Shown here: one piece after another, positions 9,501 to 16,551 of the stretch
Numbering within the stretch: position 1 is the stretch's first letter
Layout: each line of letters begins with the position of its first letter
NCBI GenBank assembly: GCA_050734425.1
Contig: JBOHUL010000064.1
Span: forward strand, 16,683 to 80,682
Reading direction: 5' to 3'
DNA: 64,000 bases
From: Candidatus Dormibacteria bacterium
Lineage (GTDB): Bacteria; Chloroflexota; Dormibacteria; Aeolococcales; Bog-877
Program-made: the position numbers and the translations under genes
Notes under the pieces: generated by a model
The model's database searches: none
Told to the model about the DNA's origin: nothing
Seen by the model: the letters and a program-made list of their open reading frames with translations, nothing else

Positions 9501-10078
9501 AGGCGACGCGATCTGCCGCGGAGGCCGACGAGTGGCAGTCCCGCCTGGCCTATTCCGCGGAGAGGGGTGTCGCCCTGCGCGCCCACGGTCGGATCGAGGA
9601 GGCGCTGATGGCGGCGGAAGGGGTCCTGGCGAGCAAGAGCAAAGTGGGCATGGGGATTACCAATCCGATCTTGAAAAGGGCGCTGGTGCTGGCCGGCGAC
9701 TGTGCCATCGACCTTGCAGACCCCGACCGCGCATCAAGGATCCTGGCAACCGCCCGCGACGCCCTGCCAGGCCAGGTCACCCCTTGGCTGAGGGGTCATC
9801 TGGCCAGGCTCTCGGCCAGGGAGTGCGCCCTGCATGGCGACACCCAGCAGGTGGAGCCGCTGTTCACAGCGGCGGAAGCCGGGTTCGGGGCCATCGACGA
9901 CCCCTTCGACCTGGCGGCTACCCGGGTCGAGCATGCCGAGTGGTTGGTCGAGCAGGCAAGGTCAGACGAGGCCCTCCAGCTCCTCGCCGAAGCACGCACG
10001 ACCCTGGAGCGTCTGGGCGCCCAGCCGTGGCTGGAAAGAGTCAGGCAGATCAGGATCGAAGAACGCCTACCCGCGTGA
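6530..10078 (+). CDS. Multidomain signalling protein: N-terminal double zinc ribbon, class III adenylate/guanylate cyclase catalytic domain, STAND/AAA NTPase (P-loop GVAGIGKS), C-terminal TPR-like helical repeats; no HTH
   Basis: CSNCQ...CGQCG...CAACG...CEECG (four CxxC). Cyclase motifs FADLVGFT, FIGDAVMAVWG, GDLVNTASRIQ (metal Asp pair plus Asn/Arg transition-state residues). Walker A VTGVAGIGKSRL, Walker B-like VLVFEDMQWAD. About 600 aa of alpha-helical repeats. TTG start in a locally AT-rich patch. Confidence 0.8.
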   Translation: MICSNCQAETTPGRRFCGQCGAPLAHACAACGAANPPGARFCEECGTSLQPVPAATPAPAAAAPPPAPGSETIELRFVSVAFADLVGFTTLAEGRDPEEVRELLTRYFEVARELVSRYGGTVEKFIGDAVMAVWGTPTAQEDDAERAVRASLDLVEAVGQLGLQMGLPGLSARAGVLSGTAAVTVGARGQGMVAGDLVNTASRIQGQGAPGQVLVGETTKRATEAAIAYQELGTKSLKGKGEPTALFQALRVVAGLGGMLKSQRLEAPFVGRERELRLVKEVFHTSTEERRAHLVQVTGVAGIGKSRLGWEFFKYIDGLQSGYLWHRGRCLAYGQGITYFALAEMVRGRLGIVEQDPPEVEQAKLTATLEQYLHDADDRAFVAPRLAHLIGLAERTAPDQQDLFAAWRLFFERMAEDSPVVLVFEDMQWADSALLEFITYLMEWSRNFPLFVMSLVRPETAQAGLGASTRNATLIHLEPLSPGAMEQLLTGLVPGIPRLLAERIQQRAQGVPLYAVETVRMLLDRGLLVEDGAAYRPTAEIETLEVPDTLQALILARLDGMEPAERQLVQEASVLGKTFTLETLARLSGDTHQVVGAVLHALVAKEVLAIQSDPRSPERGRYGFLQDLVRTVAYETLSKRDRRSKHLAVATVLEAAAGDSEDLVEELASHYLQAWRLDPDSDDGGEIRRKARRLLVRTAERAAQRAAVDEAHAAFQRASELSESPLERGALTERAGQMAEQSGQLDEADQLYEEATRLLKEGGDHRGAARAQARLAGSEYQRLQVEQATKRMQHAYAEMATDDPDPDVAVVTAQLGRFLALQGDAEKAAPLLERALHLAELLELPDVYSQALSSKAVVLMGQDRMDEAVVLLRRALEVALEHSLTLAANRAYNNLGTVLEAQERYSELVTMLTQQLEFARRVGDRPWELSTLLAHVTPLMGLGQWDEAVAMVAEARATELPLVAFAWSQLVSLVSLHCHRGELDEAERVLEATRSAAEADEWQSRLAYSAERGVALRAHGRIEEALMAAEGVLASKSKVGMGITNPILKRALVLAGDCAIDLADPDRASRILATARDALPGQVTPWLRGHLARLSARECALHGDTQQVEPLFTAAEAGFGAIDDPFDLAATRVEHAEWLVEQARSDEALQLLAEARTTLERLGAQPWLERVRQIRIEERLPA

Positions 10079-10381
10079 GGGCGACGCCCTCCGCAGGCTG
10101 GGCCTCCCGGCCGGGCAGGCGCGCAGTGTCGGCGAGTTTGAGCCAGCGACCACGCGCCCGGGCCTACGGCGCCGCCCCGGATACCGTAGCTAGGCTCAAT
10201 CCCCCCTACACTTGCGGGGCAATGTGCTAGCGCTCTGCTGAAGGCGATCAAGGCCGGCCGTCGACTCTCCCCAGAGGTCGGCGCTGAGCCCGACCCGGTC
10301 GACGGAGTCGACCGAACCGCTATCGCCCCGCAGAGCCAGTCAGGTGGAGTCTTCGCCTCCGCCCTTATCGGGAGAGGTACA

Positions 10382-11620
10382 TTGCCAGCGCGCGCGCGTC
10401 CCAGCGATCTGACCTTGATCGTGCTCGCCTGCCTGTCCAGCGAGGCGAGCGGTGGGATCGCCGCCCTGGCCCTGGTGCTCCGGCTCAGCCAGACTGGCTC
10501 GAGCTGGGCGGTGGCCGGACTCTGGCTGGCGGGCACGGTCCCGGCAGTCGCGCTTGCCCCACTGATCGGGCTGCTTCTGGACCGGGTCGAGACGGTCGGG
10601 CTCCTGCGCAATCTCGCGATCGCCTCCGCCGTCCTCGTTGTGGGCCTGGCGGTGGTGCCCGGGGTGCTTCCCGTGCTGGCCCTGGCCGCCCTCCTGGGGA
10701 TCGCCGCCGCCACCACCGCGCCGGGCCTGCTGGCGATTGCCCCGGTGGTAGGAGGGGGCGCCGGCCCAGCCCGTTCCATGACCAGAATCCAGGCGGCACA
10801 GTGGGCGGGGTCGACGGTGGGTCCCGCAGTGGGCGCAGGTCTGGTCGTGGCTTGGGGTACCCGGATCCCACTTCTCCTCGACGCCGCATCCCTCCTGCTT
10901 CTGGTTGTGGCGCTCACGGCCGTCCGGGCGCGACGCTTGCCCACTCACCGCCCGTCGGGCGAGACCCGGACCAAGGCGATCACGGCTGGGCTGGCGATCC
11001 TCGCGGGCAATCGCGGTCTGCGCCGGCTACTGCCCCCAGTGCTCCTCGTGATCACCTTCGTCAACGTGGCGGTGGTGGTGGAGGTGTTCCTGGCCACCCA
11101 GGTATTCCGCGCCGGCCCCTGGGGCTACGGAGGTCTGGTGGCCCTTTGGGGCGGGGGGCTGGTGCTGGGAACCCTGACCGTGCCCCGGCTCGCGCGCCTC
11201 AACCCACTGCTGGTCGCCGGCGCGGGCGCCGGACTGGCGGCCCTGGGACTGGCCGGCGCTGGGCTCAGCCCCGGGCTCCCACCTGCCCTGCTCGCCTATC
11301 TGCTGGGCGGCTTTGGAAACGGGCTGGAGATGAACTCGGTGAGGATCATGGTTCAGAAAGTGGCGCCTGCGGCGACCCACGGACGCGCCTTCGCAGCCTA
11401 CTTCGCCCTGGGCAGCGGCGCAGCCGCGGTGGGATCAGGGTTGGGTGGCGGTCTCCTCGGAGTCTTCGCCGTCCGTCCGGCCATGCTGGTCGCGTCGCTG
11501 GCAGTGGCAATCGCCGCAATCTGGCTGCTGGCAGCGTCGTCCCTGTGGGCCGGGCTGCCCCTGCAGTCTGACTTCCCCGCAGAGGCCCTCGGTGTTCGAC
11601 TCCCGACCAATGGCAGTTGA
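10382..11620 (+). CDS. MFS transporter (EntS/MFS_1-like, ~12 TM)
   Basis: Hydrophobic 12-helix pattern with DRxE-like motif LLLDRVETVG after TM2. True start may lie downstream of 10382. Confidence 0.65.
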   Translation: MPARARPSDLTLIVLACLSSEASGGIAALALVLRLSQTGSSWAVAGLWLAGTVPAVALAPLIGLLLDRVETVGLLRNLAIASAVLVVGLAVVPGVLPVLALAALLGIAAATTAPGLLAIAPVVGGGAGPARSMTRIQAAQWAGSTVGPAVGAGLVVAWGTRIPLLLDAASLLLLVVALTAVRARRLPTHRPSGETRTKAITAGLAILAGNRGLRRLLPPVLLVITFVNVAVVVEVFLATQVFRAGPWGYGGLVALWGGGLVLGTLTVPRLARLNPLLVAGAGAGLAALGLAGAGLSPGLPPALLAYLLGGFGNGLEMNSVRIMVQKVAPAATHGRAFAAYFALGSGAAAVGSGLGGGLLGVFAVRPAMLVASLAVAIAAIWLLAASSLWAGLPLQSDFPAEALGVRLPTNGS

Positions 11621-11737
11621 GCGCCGCCTGCAAGGCCGAATGCTAGTACTGCGAGCCGAAAGCAGCTCGCCGGCTCCGAGGCCCCGGCCTAAGCTCGATT
11701 CGACGCCTCGCACGAGACAACTCATCTACGGGGTGCT

Positions 11738-11800
11738 GCAGCTAGCTGTACTTCCCACGTAGGTTGTTGACGCGACTCACTGGAGGGAGGCGTTCGTAGA
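11738..11800 (-). mobile_element. Solo terminal fragment (~60 bp: last transposase codons plus end) of the same IS481-family element as 5461..5515
   Basis: agctagctgtacTtcccacgtaggttgttgAcGcgaCtcactggagggag is ~90% identical over ~50 bp to 5463..5512. The short ORF 11742..11927 ends ...LPPVSRVNNLRGKYS, compared with ...LPPVTRGNNLRGRYS in the first copy. Confidence 0.5.
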
Positions 11801-11845
11801 CCAGGTAAAAGTCGGCCGGAGGAGGCCGCGACCAGGAGGGTTGCT

Positions 11846-12184
11846 GTGGCACGGTACCTGATCTCGTTCGACGACGGTGCGATGACCTTCCCCGAGGAGG
11901 ATCTGGCCGACGTGGACAAGGCCGCACACGGGGTGGTCCAGGAGGCCAAGGATGCGGGCGTATGGGTCTTCGGCGCCGGGCTAGAAAGTCAACGGGCCAG
12001 CGTCATTGCCACCGACGGGAGGGTCTCCGACGGCCCATACCCGGAGACCAAGGCGGTCCTCGGCGGCTTCGCCATCGTCGAGGTGCCCTCACGCGAGGAG
12101 GCGTGAGGGTGGGCCCCGACGATCGCCGTCGCCTGCCGCTGTGCGCAAGAGGTACGGGAGCTCCTGCACGACCGGACCGTGTGA
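11846..12184 (+). pseudogene. YciI-like (YCII-related) protein gene interrupted by an in-frame TGA at 12104..12106
   Basis: MARYLISFDDG...AGVWVFGAGLESQRASVIATDGRVSDGPYPETKAVLGGFAIVEVPSREEA matches the YciI family. After the TGA the same frame continues GWAPTIAVACRCAQEVRELL... to a stop at 12182..12184. That gives the normal ~112-aa length and a family-like C-terminus; a single nt change (TTG/CTG to TGA) would explain it. Confidence 0.45.
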
Positions 12185-12245
12185 TCGAAGGAGACCCGCA
12201 CCGCTGGAGTAACAGTTGCCAAGGCCGCGGGTTGGGCATGCAGCC

Positions 12246-12626
12246 TCAGCTCCAGTCCTGGAGTCGCCCACGGTTTCGCTCGAGCGCCTGATCGATGCGC
12301 CGCTTCCAGGTGGCGACGTCCAGCCGGGCCCGGCCACCGCGGACCACTAGTTGACGGCCGAGCCGGAGGCTGGCGGCCTGGCTGGCGAGTGCGTCGGCGC
12401 CGCGGGCACAGCCCCAGAGCACCACGATGGCGACGAGGGCGTAGAGGCAGCAGAGGGCCCAGAGCACGAGCAGCCCCGGACGGGCGGCCGACGGCGAGAA
12501 GGCCGCCACCAGGACCGCGGCCAGCCCCACGATCAGGCAAGGGATCAGGAGGCCGAGGCAGCGGTTGGCGCGGACGCAGCGGCGATAGGCCGCCTCGCCG
12601 ATCAACGGAACCAGCAGCGGACGCAC
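12246..12626 (-). CDS. Small 2-TM membrane protein (paralog B, intact), unknown function
   Basis: MRPLLVPLIGEAAYRRCVRANRCLGLLIPCLIVGLAAVLVAAF...DVATWKRRIDQALERNRGRLQDWS; paralogous to the frameshifted copy at 5978..6376. Confidence 0.5.
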   Translation of the reverse strand: MRPLLVPLIGEAAYRRCVRANRCLGLLIPCLIVGLAAVLVAAFSPSAARPGLLVLWALCCLYALVAIVVLWGCARGADALASQAASLRLGRQLVVRGGRARLDVATWKRRIDQALERNRGRLQDWS

Positions 12627-12801
12627 CCGCGCAGCCCGGCCCCGGGGCCGCCGTCGGGCCGATGAGGGGGGGTGATCTGGGGAGGGCAGAGCCTACGCTC
12701 GAAGTTGGGGACGACGCGGCGCACGGCTGACCATCTGTGAAAGTCTAGGCCCGGTTCGGCACCCCCGGTGGGGCGGATCCGGCGGGATTCGGGGCCTGGG
12801 T

Positions 12802-12830
12802 TTGACCCGCGTCCCGCGGGGGGATATACT
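12802..12830 (+). promoter_or_regulatory. Sigma-A type promoter candidate for rpmG (and possibly tRNA-Trp–secE–nusG): TTGACC-N17-TATACT
   Basis: TTGACC (12802-12807), 17-nt spacer, TATACT (12825-12830), ~50 nt upstream of the rpmG TTG start. A GC hairpin followed by a U-run lies in the leader. Confidence 0.4.
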
Positions 12831-12878
12831 CAGCCTGCTCGGCTCGCGGCCGGGCGTTTTTATTCTGGAGACTGGAAC

Positions 12879-13031
12879 TTGCCCGCGACCATCATCACCC
12901 TGCAGTGCAGTCAGTGCCAGGAGCGCAACTACACCACTCAAAAGAACAAGCGCAACGACCCCGACCGGTTGGAACTGAAGAAGTATTGCCGTCGCTGCCG
13001 TCGGCACACGGCGCACCGCGAGACCAAGTAG
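12879..13031 (+). CDS. rpmG: 50S ribosomal protein L33 (zinc-ribbon C4 form)
   Basis: TTG start with GGAG 8 nt upstream. ...[47 protein letters not shown]. The tool ORF (12768..) has a spurious N-terminal extension. Confidence 0.75.
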   Translation: MPATIITLQCSQCQERNYTTQKNKRNDPDRLELKKYCRRCRRHTAHRETK

Positions 13032-13051
13032 AGGCTTCCACCGAGACTCAA

Positions 13052-13124
13052 AGGGGCGTAGCTCAGCTGGTAGAGCAGCGGTCTCCAAAACCGCAGGTCG
13101 CGCGTTCGAACCGTGCCGCCCCTG
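13052..13124 (+). tRNA. tRNA-Trp (anticodon CCA)
   Basis: Hand fold: acceptor AGGGGCG/CGCCCCU, D arm GCUC-AGCUGGUA-GAGC, anticodon stem GCGGU/ACCGC with loop CUCCAAA, T arm GCGCG-UUCGAAC-CGUGC. It occupies the conserved position before secE. Confidence 0.8.
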
Positions 13125-13157
13125 CAGTCAGATGGGGAGAGCGCAAAGGAGTTGGAT

Positions 13158-13508
13158 TTGGCGAACGTCGCCCGGGGGGAGAGGTCCGAGGGGAGCGAGG
13201 GCAACTACCTCCAGGAGGTCTACGGCGAGTTGCGCAAGACCGTCTGGCCCACCTGGCCGGAGCTGCGCCAGATGACCGGCGTGGTGGTGGTGACGGTGGT
13301 GCTGCTGGGCGTCTTCCTCGGCCTCCTGGGATTTGGTCTCACGACGCTCTTCAAGCCCCTCTACACCACAGCCCCGGCCGCGGCCACCACGCCGGCCCCG
13401 GCCACGGTCACCCCGACTCCCACCGCCACGCCGACCCCGTCGGCCTCGGCCAGCGCCAGCCCCAGTGCGGGGGCCTCACCCAGCCCTTCGGCCACCACCA
13501 GTCCCTAG
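13158..13508 (+). CDS. secE: Preprotein translocase subunit SecE, with a Pro/Thr/Ala-rich C-terminal tail
   Basis: NYLQEVYGELRKTVWPTWPELRQMTGVVVVTVVLLGVFLGLLGFGL is the SecE signature plus a single TM helix. Probable TTG start at 13158 after an AAGGAG RBS. The tool ORF start (13113) overlaps tRNA-Trp. Confidence 0.7.
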   Translation: MANVARGERSEGSEGNYLQEVYGELRKTVWPTWPELRQMTGVVVVTVVLLGVFLGLLGFGLTTLFKPLYTTAPAAATTPAPATVTPTPTATPTPSASASASPSAGASPSPSATTSP

Positions 13509-13538
13509 ACCGACTATGCAGCGAGTAGGAGCCCACCA

Positions 13539-14099
13539 GTGAGCCCAGCCAAGACCAACACCGTGACCGAGCCCGCCAGCTGGTACGTCATCCACGCCTA
13601 TTCGGGGCACGAGGAGAAGGTCAAGGCCAACTTGTTGAAGCGAGTTGAGTCGATGGACATGCACGACCAGATCTTCGACGTCATGGTCCCGACGGAGGAC
13701 GTCATCGAGATCAAGGACGGCCAGCGCCGCCACGTCGCGAAGCGCATATTTCCCGGCTACATCATGGTGCAGATGGTTATGTCGGACGAGTCCTGGTACG
13801 TGGTGCGCAACACGCCCGGGGTGACGAGCTTCGTGGGCAGTGGCACCAGGCCGGTGCCGCTCCAGGAGGGCGAGGTGCGGGGGATCCTGCGCCAGGTCGA
13901 GCGTGAGCCCAGCGCCCGGGTCCAGGTGGAGTTCCAGGTGGGCGACTCGGTGCGGGTGGTGGACGGCCCCTTCACTGACTTCCACGGCAAGGTTGGGGAG
14001 ATCAACGCCGAAAAGGGCAAACTCAAGGTCATGGTCAACATGTTCGGGCGGGAGACGCCAGTGGAGCTCGACCTGCTCCAGGTCGAGCGGCTGCGCTAG
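13539..14099 (+). CDS. nusG: Transcription termination/antitermination factor NusG
   Basis: NGN and KOW domains: WYVIHAYSGHEEKVK...GDSVRVVDGPFTDFHGKVGEIN. Confidence 0.9.
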   Translation: MSPAKTNTVTEPASWYVIHAYSGHEEKVKANLLKRVESMDMHDQIFDVMVPTEDVIEIKDGQRRHVAKRIFPGYIMVQMVMSDESWYVVRNTPGVTSFVGSGTRPVPLQEGEVRGILRQVEREPSARVQVEFQVGDSVRVVDGPFTDFHGKVGEINAEKGKLKVMVNMFGRETPVELDLLQVERLR

Positions 14100-14112
14100 G
14101 AGGTAGCCGAAG

Positions 14113-14541
14113 GTGGGCAAGAAGAAGGTCAAGGCGGTCCTCCGCCTCAATGTCGAGGCCGGCAAGGCGACCCCCGGCTATCCGATCGGGCCCGCCCTGG
14201 GCCAGCACCAAGTGAACATCATGGAGTTCTGTCGCGCCTACAACGAGAAGACCCAGTCCCAGGCCGGGATGGTGATTCCGGCCGAGATCACCATCTTCGA
14301 GGACCGGAGCTTCACCTTCATAACCAAGACTCCGCCCACCAGTGACCTGATCAAAAAGGCGCTCGGGATCGAGAAGGGTTCCGCCAAGCCGCCGCGCGAG
14401 GAGGCTGGGGAACTGACCCGGGAGCAGGCCCTGGCCATCGCTAAGACCAAGATGCCGGACCTGAACGCCGCCGACCCGGAGGAGGCCCTGAAGATGGTGG
14501 AGGGCAGCGCCCGCTCCATGGGCGTCAAGGTAATTGGCTGA
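14113..14541 (+). CDS. rplK: 50S ribosomal protein L11
   Basis: [38 protein letters not shown]. Confidence 0.95.
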   Translation: MGKKKVKAVLRLNVEAGKATPGYPIGPALGQHQVNIMEFCRAYNEKTQSQAGMVIPAEITIFEDRSFTFITKTPPTSDLIKKALGIEKGSAKPPREEAGELTREQALAIAKTKMPDLNAADPEEALKMVEGSARSMGVKVIG

Positions 14542-14601
14542 GCGGCTGAACAAGGTGGGAGGGCGCCTTGGGGCGTCCGTTGGGACCACTGGAGGACGAG
14601 G

Positions 14602-15312
14602 ATGAAGGGACACCACGGCAAGAAGTACCGGGCGGCGGCCGCGCTCCTGGAGGAGGACCGGCTCCACGACCCCAAAGAGGGCGTGCAACTGGTGCGTCAG
14701 GTGAACACCTCCCGCTTCCCGGGGACGGTTGAGCTACACGCCAGGCTGGGCGTAGATCCGCGCCATGCCGACCAGATGGTCCGGGGCAGCGTGGTCCTGC
14801 CCCACGGCACCGGCAGAACCCGGCGGATCCTGGTCTTCGCCCAGGGGGAGAAGGAGCGCGAGGCGCGGGACGCGGGGGCCGAGATAGTCGGTGGCGAGGA
14901 GTTGGTCAAGCGGGTCCAGGACGGCTTTCTCGACTTCGACGTAGCCCTGGCCACCCCGGACCTGATGGGGTCGGTGGGCCGGCTCGGCAAGATCCTCGGG
15001 CCCCGGGGCCTGATGCCCAACCCCAAGGCGGGGACGGTGACCTTCGACATCGCCAAGGCCATCCGTGACGTCCAGGCCGGGCGGGTGGAGTTTCGGGTCG
15101 ACCGCAACGGCATTGTGCACGTACCGCTTGGCAAGACCAGCTTCGAGGAGGAGGCGCTGCTGCAGAACCTCTCGGCGATGCTGGAGGCGATCGTCAAGGC
15201 CAAGCCCCAGGCCGCCAAGGGCACCTACATCCGGGCGGCTCACCTGGCCCCGTCAATGGGCCCCAGCGTCAAGTTGGACCCGCTCCAGGCGGCCCGGCTG
15301 AGCCCTTCCTGA
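14602..15312 (+). CDS. rplA: 50S ribosomal protein L1
   Basis: Typical L1 sequence and length, following rplK. Confidence 0.95.
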   Translation: MKGHHGKKYRAAAALLEEDRLHDPKEGVQLVRQVNTSRFPGTVELHARLGVDPRHADQMVRGSVVLPHGTGRTRRILVFAQGEKEREARDAGAEIVGGEELVKRVQDGFLDFDVALATPDLMGSVGRLGKILGPRGLMPNPKAGTVTFDIAKAIRDVQAGRVEFRVDRNGIVHVPLGKTSFEEEALLQNLSAMLEAIVKAKPQAAKGTYIRAAHLAPSMGPSVKLDPLQAARLSPS

Positions 15313-15464
15313 GGCCGGGGCCTTCTCGGCTATACTCGGCGGACCAATTTCGGGAACCCAAGACCGCAGGGGCAGCCGCCGCTCAAACCCGACCCTGCGC
15401 AGGTGACCTGAGCCGGCAGCGCCGCTGGCCCCCGGTTCCACCTGGCCCTTGGGATCGCGCCGCA

Positions 15465-16049
15465 GTGAGGAGGAGCGCCATGGGCCAGGTGGACCGCAGG
15501 GGGGCGGCGGTGGTCCCGCAGACCAAGCAGGACCAGGTGGCGGAGCTGGCCGAGAAGCTGGGCCGGATGCGCAGCGCGGTGCTGAGCGACTACCGCGGGC
15601 TCAGCGTCGCCGAGCTGGAGGAACTCCGATCTGGCTTCCGTGAGGCGGCGGTGGACTTCCTGGTGCTGAAGAACACCCTGGCCCGCCGCGCCGGAGAGAA
15701 GGCGGGGGTGCCCCAGCTGACCGACGCGCTGGTGGGCCCCAACGCCGTCGCCATCGGCTACGACGACCCGGCCCTACCAGCCCGGCTGCTGGTCGCCTAC
15801 GCCCGCGCCAACCGCCGCCCGGAGATGGTCCTGGGGGGCATCGCCGAGGGGCAGCTGCTCGGCCCCCAGGAGGTCCGTCAGCTGGCGGAGCTGCCCTCGC
15901 GCGAGGTTTTGATGGCGCAGCTGCTGGGCGTGGTGGAGTCGGCCGTGGGCCAGCTGGTGCAGTTGCTGGAGAGTCCGGTGCGAGACCTGGTGGGTCTTCT
16001 GGAGGCGAAGGCCCAGGCTACACCGGAGGCGCCGGCCCGGAGCGGCTGA
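15465..16049 (+). CDS. rplJ: 50S ribosomal protein L10
   Basis: L10 family. The internal ATG ~15 nt downstream, preceded by GGAGGAG, is the more likely start. There is a ~150-nt leader after rplA. Confidence 0.9.
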   Translation: MRRSAMGQVDRRGAAVVPQTKQDQVAELAEKLGRMRSAVLSDYRGLSVAELEELRSGFREAAVDFLVLKNTLARRAGEKAGVPQLTDALVGPNAVAIGYDDPALPARLLVAYARANRRPEMVLGGIAEGQLLGPQEVRQLAELPSREVLMAQLLGVVESAVGQLVQLLESPVRDLVGLLEAKAQATPEAPARSG

Positions 16050-16087
16050 GCTGGATCAATCCGAGCTAGGCATGGAGGTGTGAGTCA

Positions 16088-16468
16088 ATGGCCAAGGTGA
16101 GCGTGGACGACTTCGTCGAGGCGCTGGGGTCCTGGACGGTCCTGGATCTTGTGAACGCCAAGAAGAAGATCGAAGAGACCTATGGCATCACCGCCGCCGC
16201 GCCGGTGGCCGTGGCGGCCCAGGCCCCGGCGCAGGGGGAGGCGGCGGAGGAGGAGCAGACCGAGTTCTCGGTGATCCTGACCGCTGCCGGGGACCAGAAG
16301 ATCGCCGCCATCAAGGCGGTGCGGGAGATCACGGGGCTGGGCCTGAAGGAGGCCAAGGACGTGGTCGACGGGGCCCCCAAGCCGGTCAAGGAAGGCGTGA
16401 CTCGGGACGAGGCCGAGGCGGTGTTGAAGAAGATCCAGGAGGTGGGCGCCGCGGGCGAGATCAAGTAG
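16088..16468 (+). CDS. rplL: 50S ribosomal protein L7/L12
   Basis: Ala-rich hinge plus C-terminal domain ...[39 protein letters not shown]. Confidence 0.95.
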   Translation: MAKVSVDDFVEALGSWTVLDLVNAKKKIEETYGITAAAPVAVAAQAPAQGEAAEEEQTEFSVILTAAGDQKIAAIKAVREITGLGLKEAKDVVDGAPKPVKEGVTRDEAEAVLKKIQEVGAAGEIK

Positions 16469-16551
16469 CTGGGGCAGGTGGTCCGGCCCCGGTTCGGGGC
16501 GGGGGCGGTTCGGCGGATGTGGTAAGATCGCCGTTCCGCCACCTGTGAAGT

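Noticed and set aside
6530-11620. Pycsar- or CBASS-like cyclic-nucleotide defense system (cyclase plus adjacent effector)
   Set aside because: The cyclase is embedded in a 1182-aa STAND/TPR protein rather than being a small PycC/CD-NTase. The neighbouring gene is an ordinary MFS transporter, not a TIR/TM/nuclease effector. No Cap-like accessory genes are present. Only a looser Avs/NLR-style analogy is retained, as a hypothesis.
12640-12860. Possible att-site-like direct repeat of the tRNA-Thr 3' end at the right border of the insertion (ggcgggattcggggcctggg versus cgggttcaatccccgccctgggct)
   Set aside because: The similarity is too weak and gapped to call by eye. No convincing ≥15-bp direct repeat of the tRNA 3' end was found, so the integration boundaries remain undefined.
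13113-13157. Upstream ATG start of the secE ORF, and the N-terminal extension of the rpmG ORF (12768..12878)
   Set aside because: The secE ORF start overlaps the tRNA-Trp gene. The rpmG extension has no L33 homology and overlaps the predicted promoter. Downstream TTG starts with good RBS spacing fit the conserved protein N-termini.
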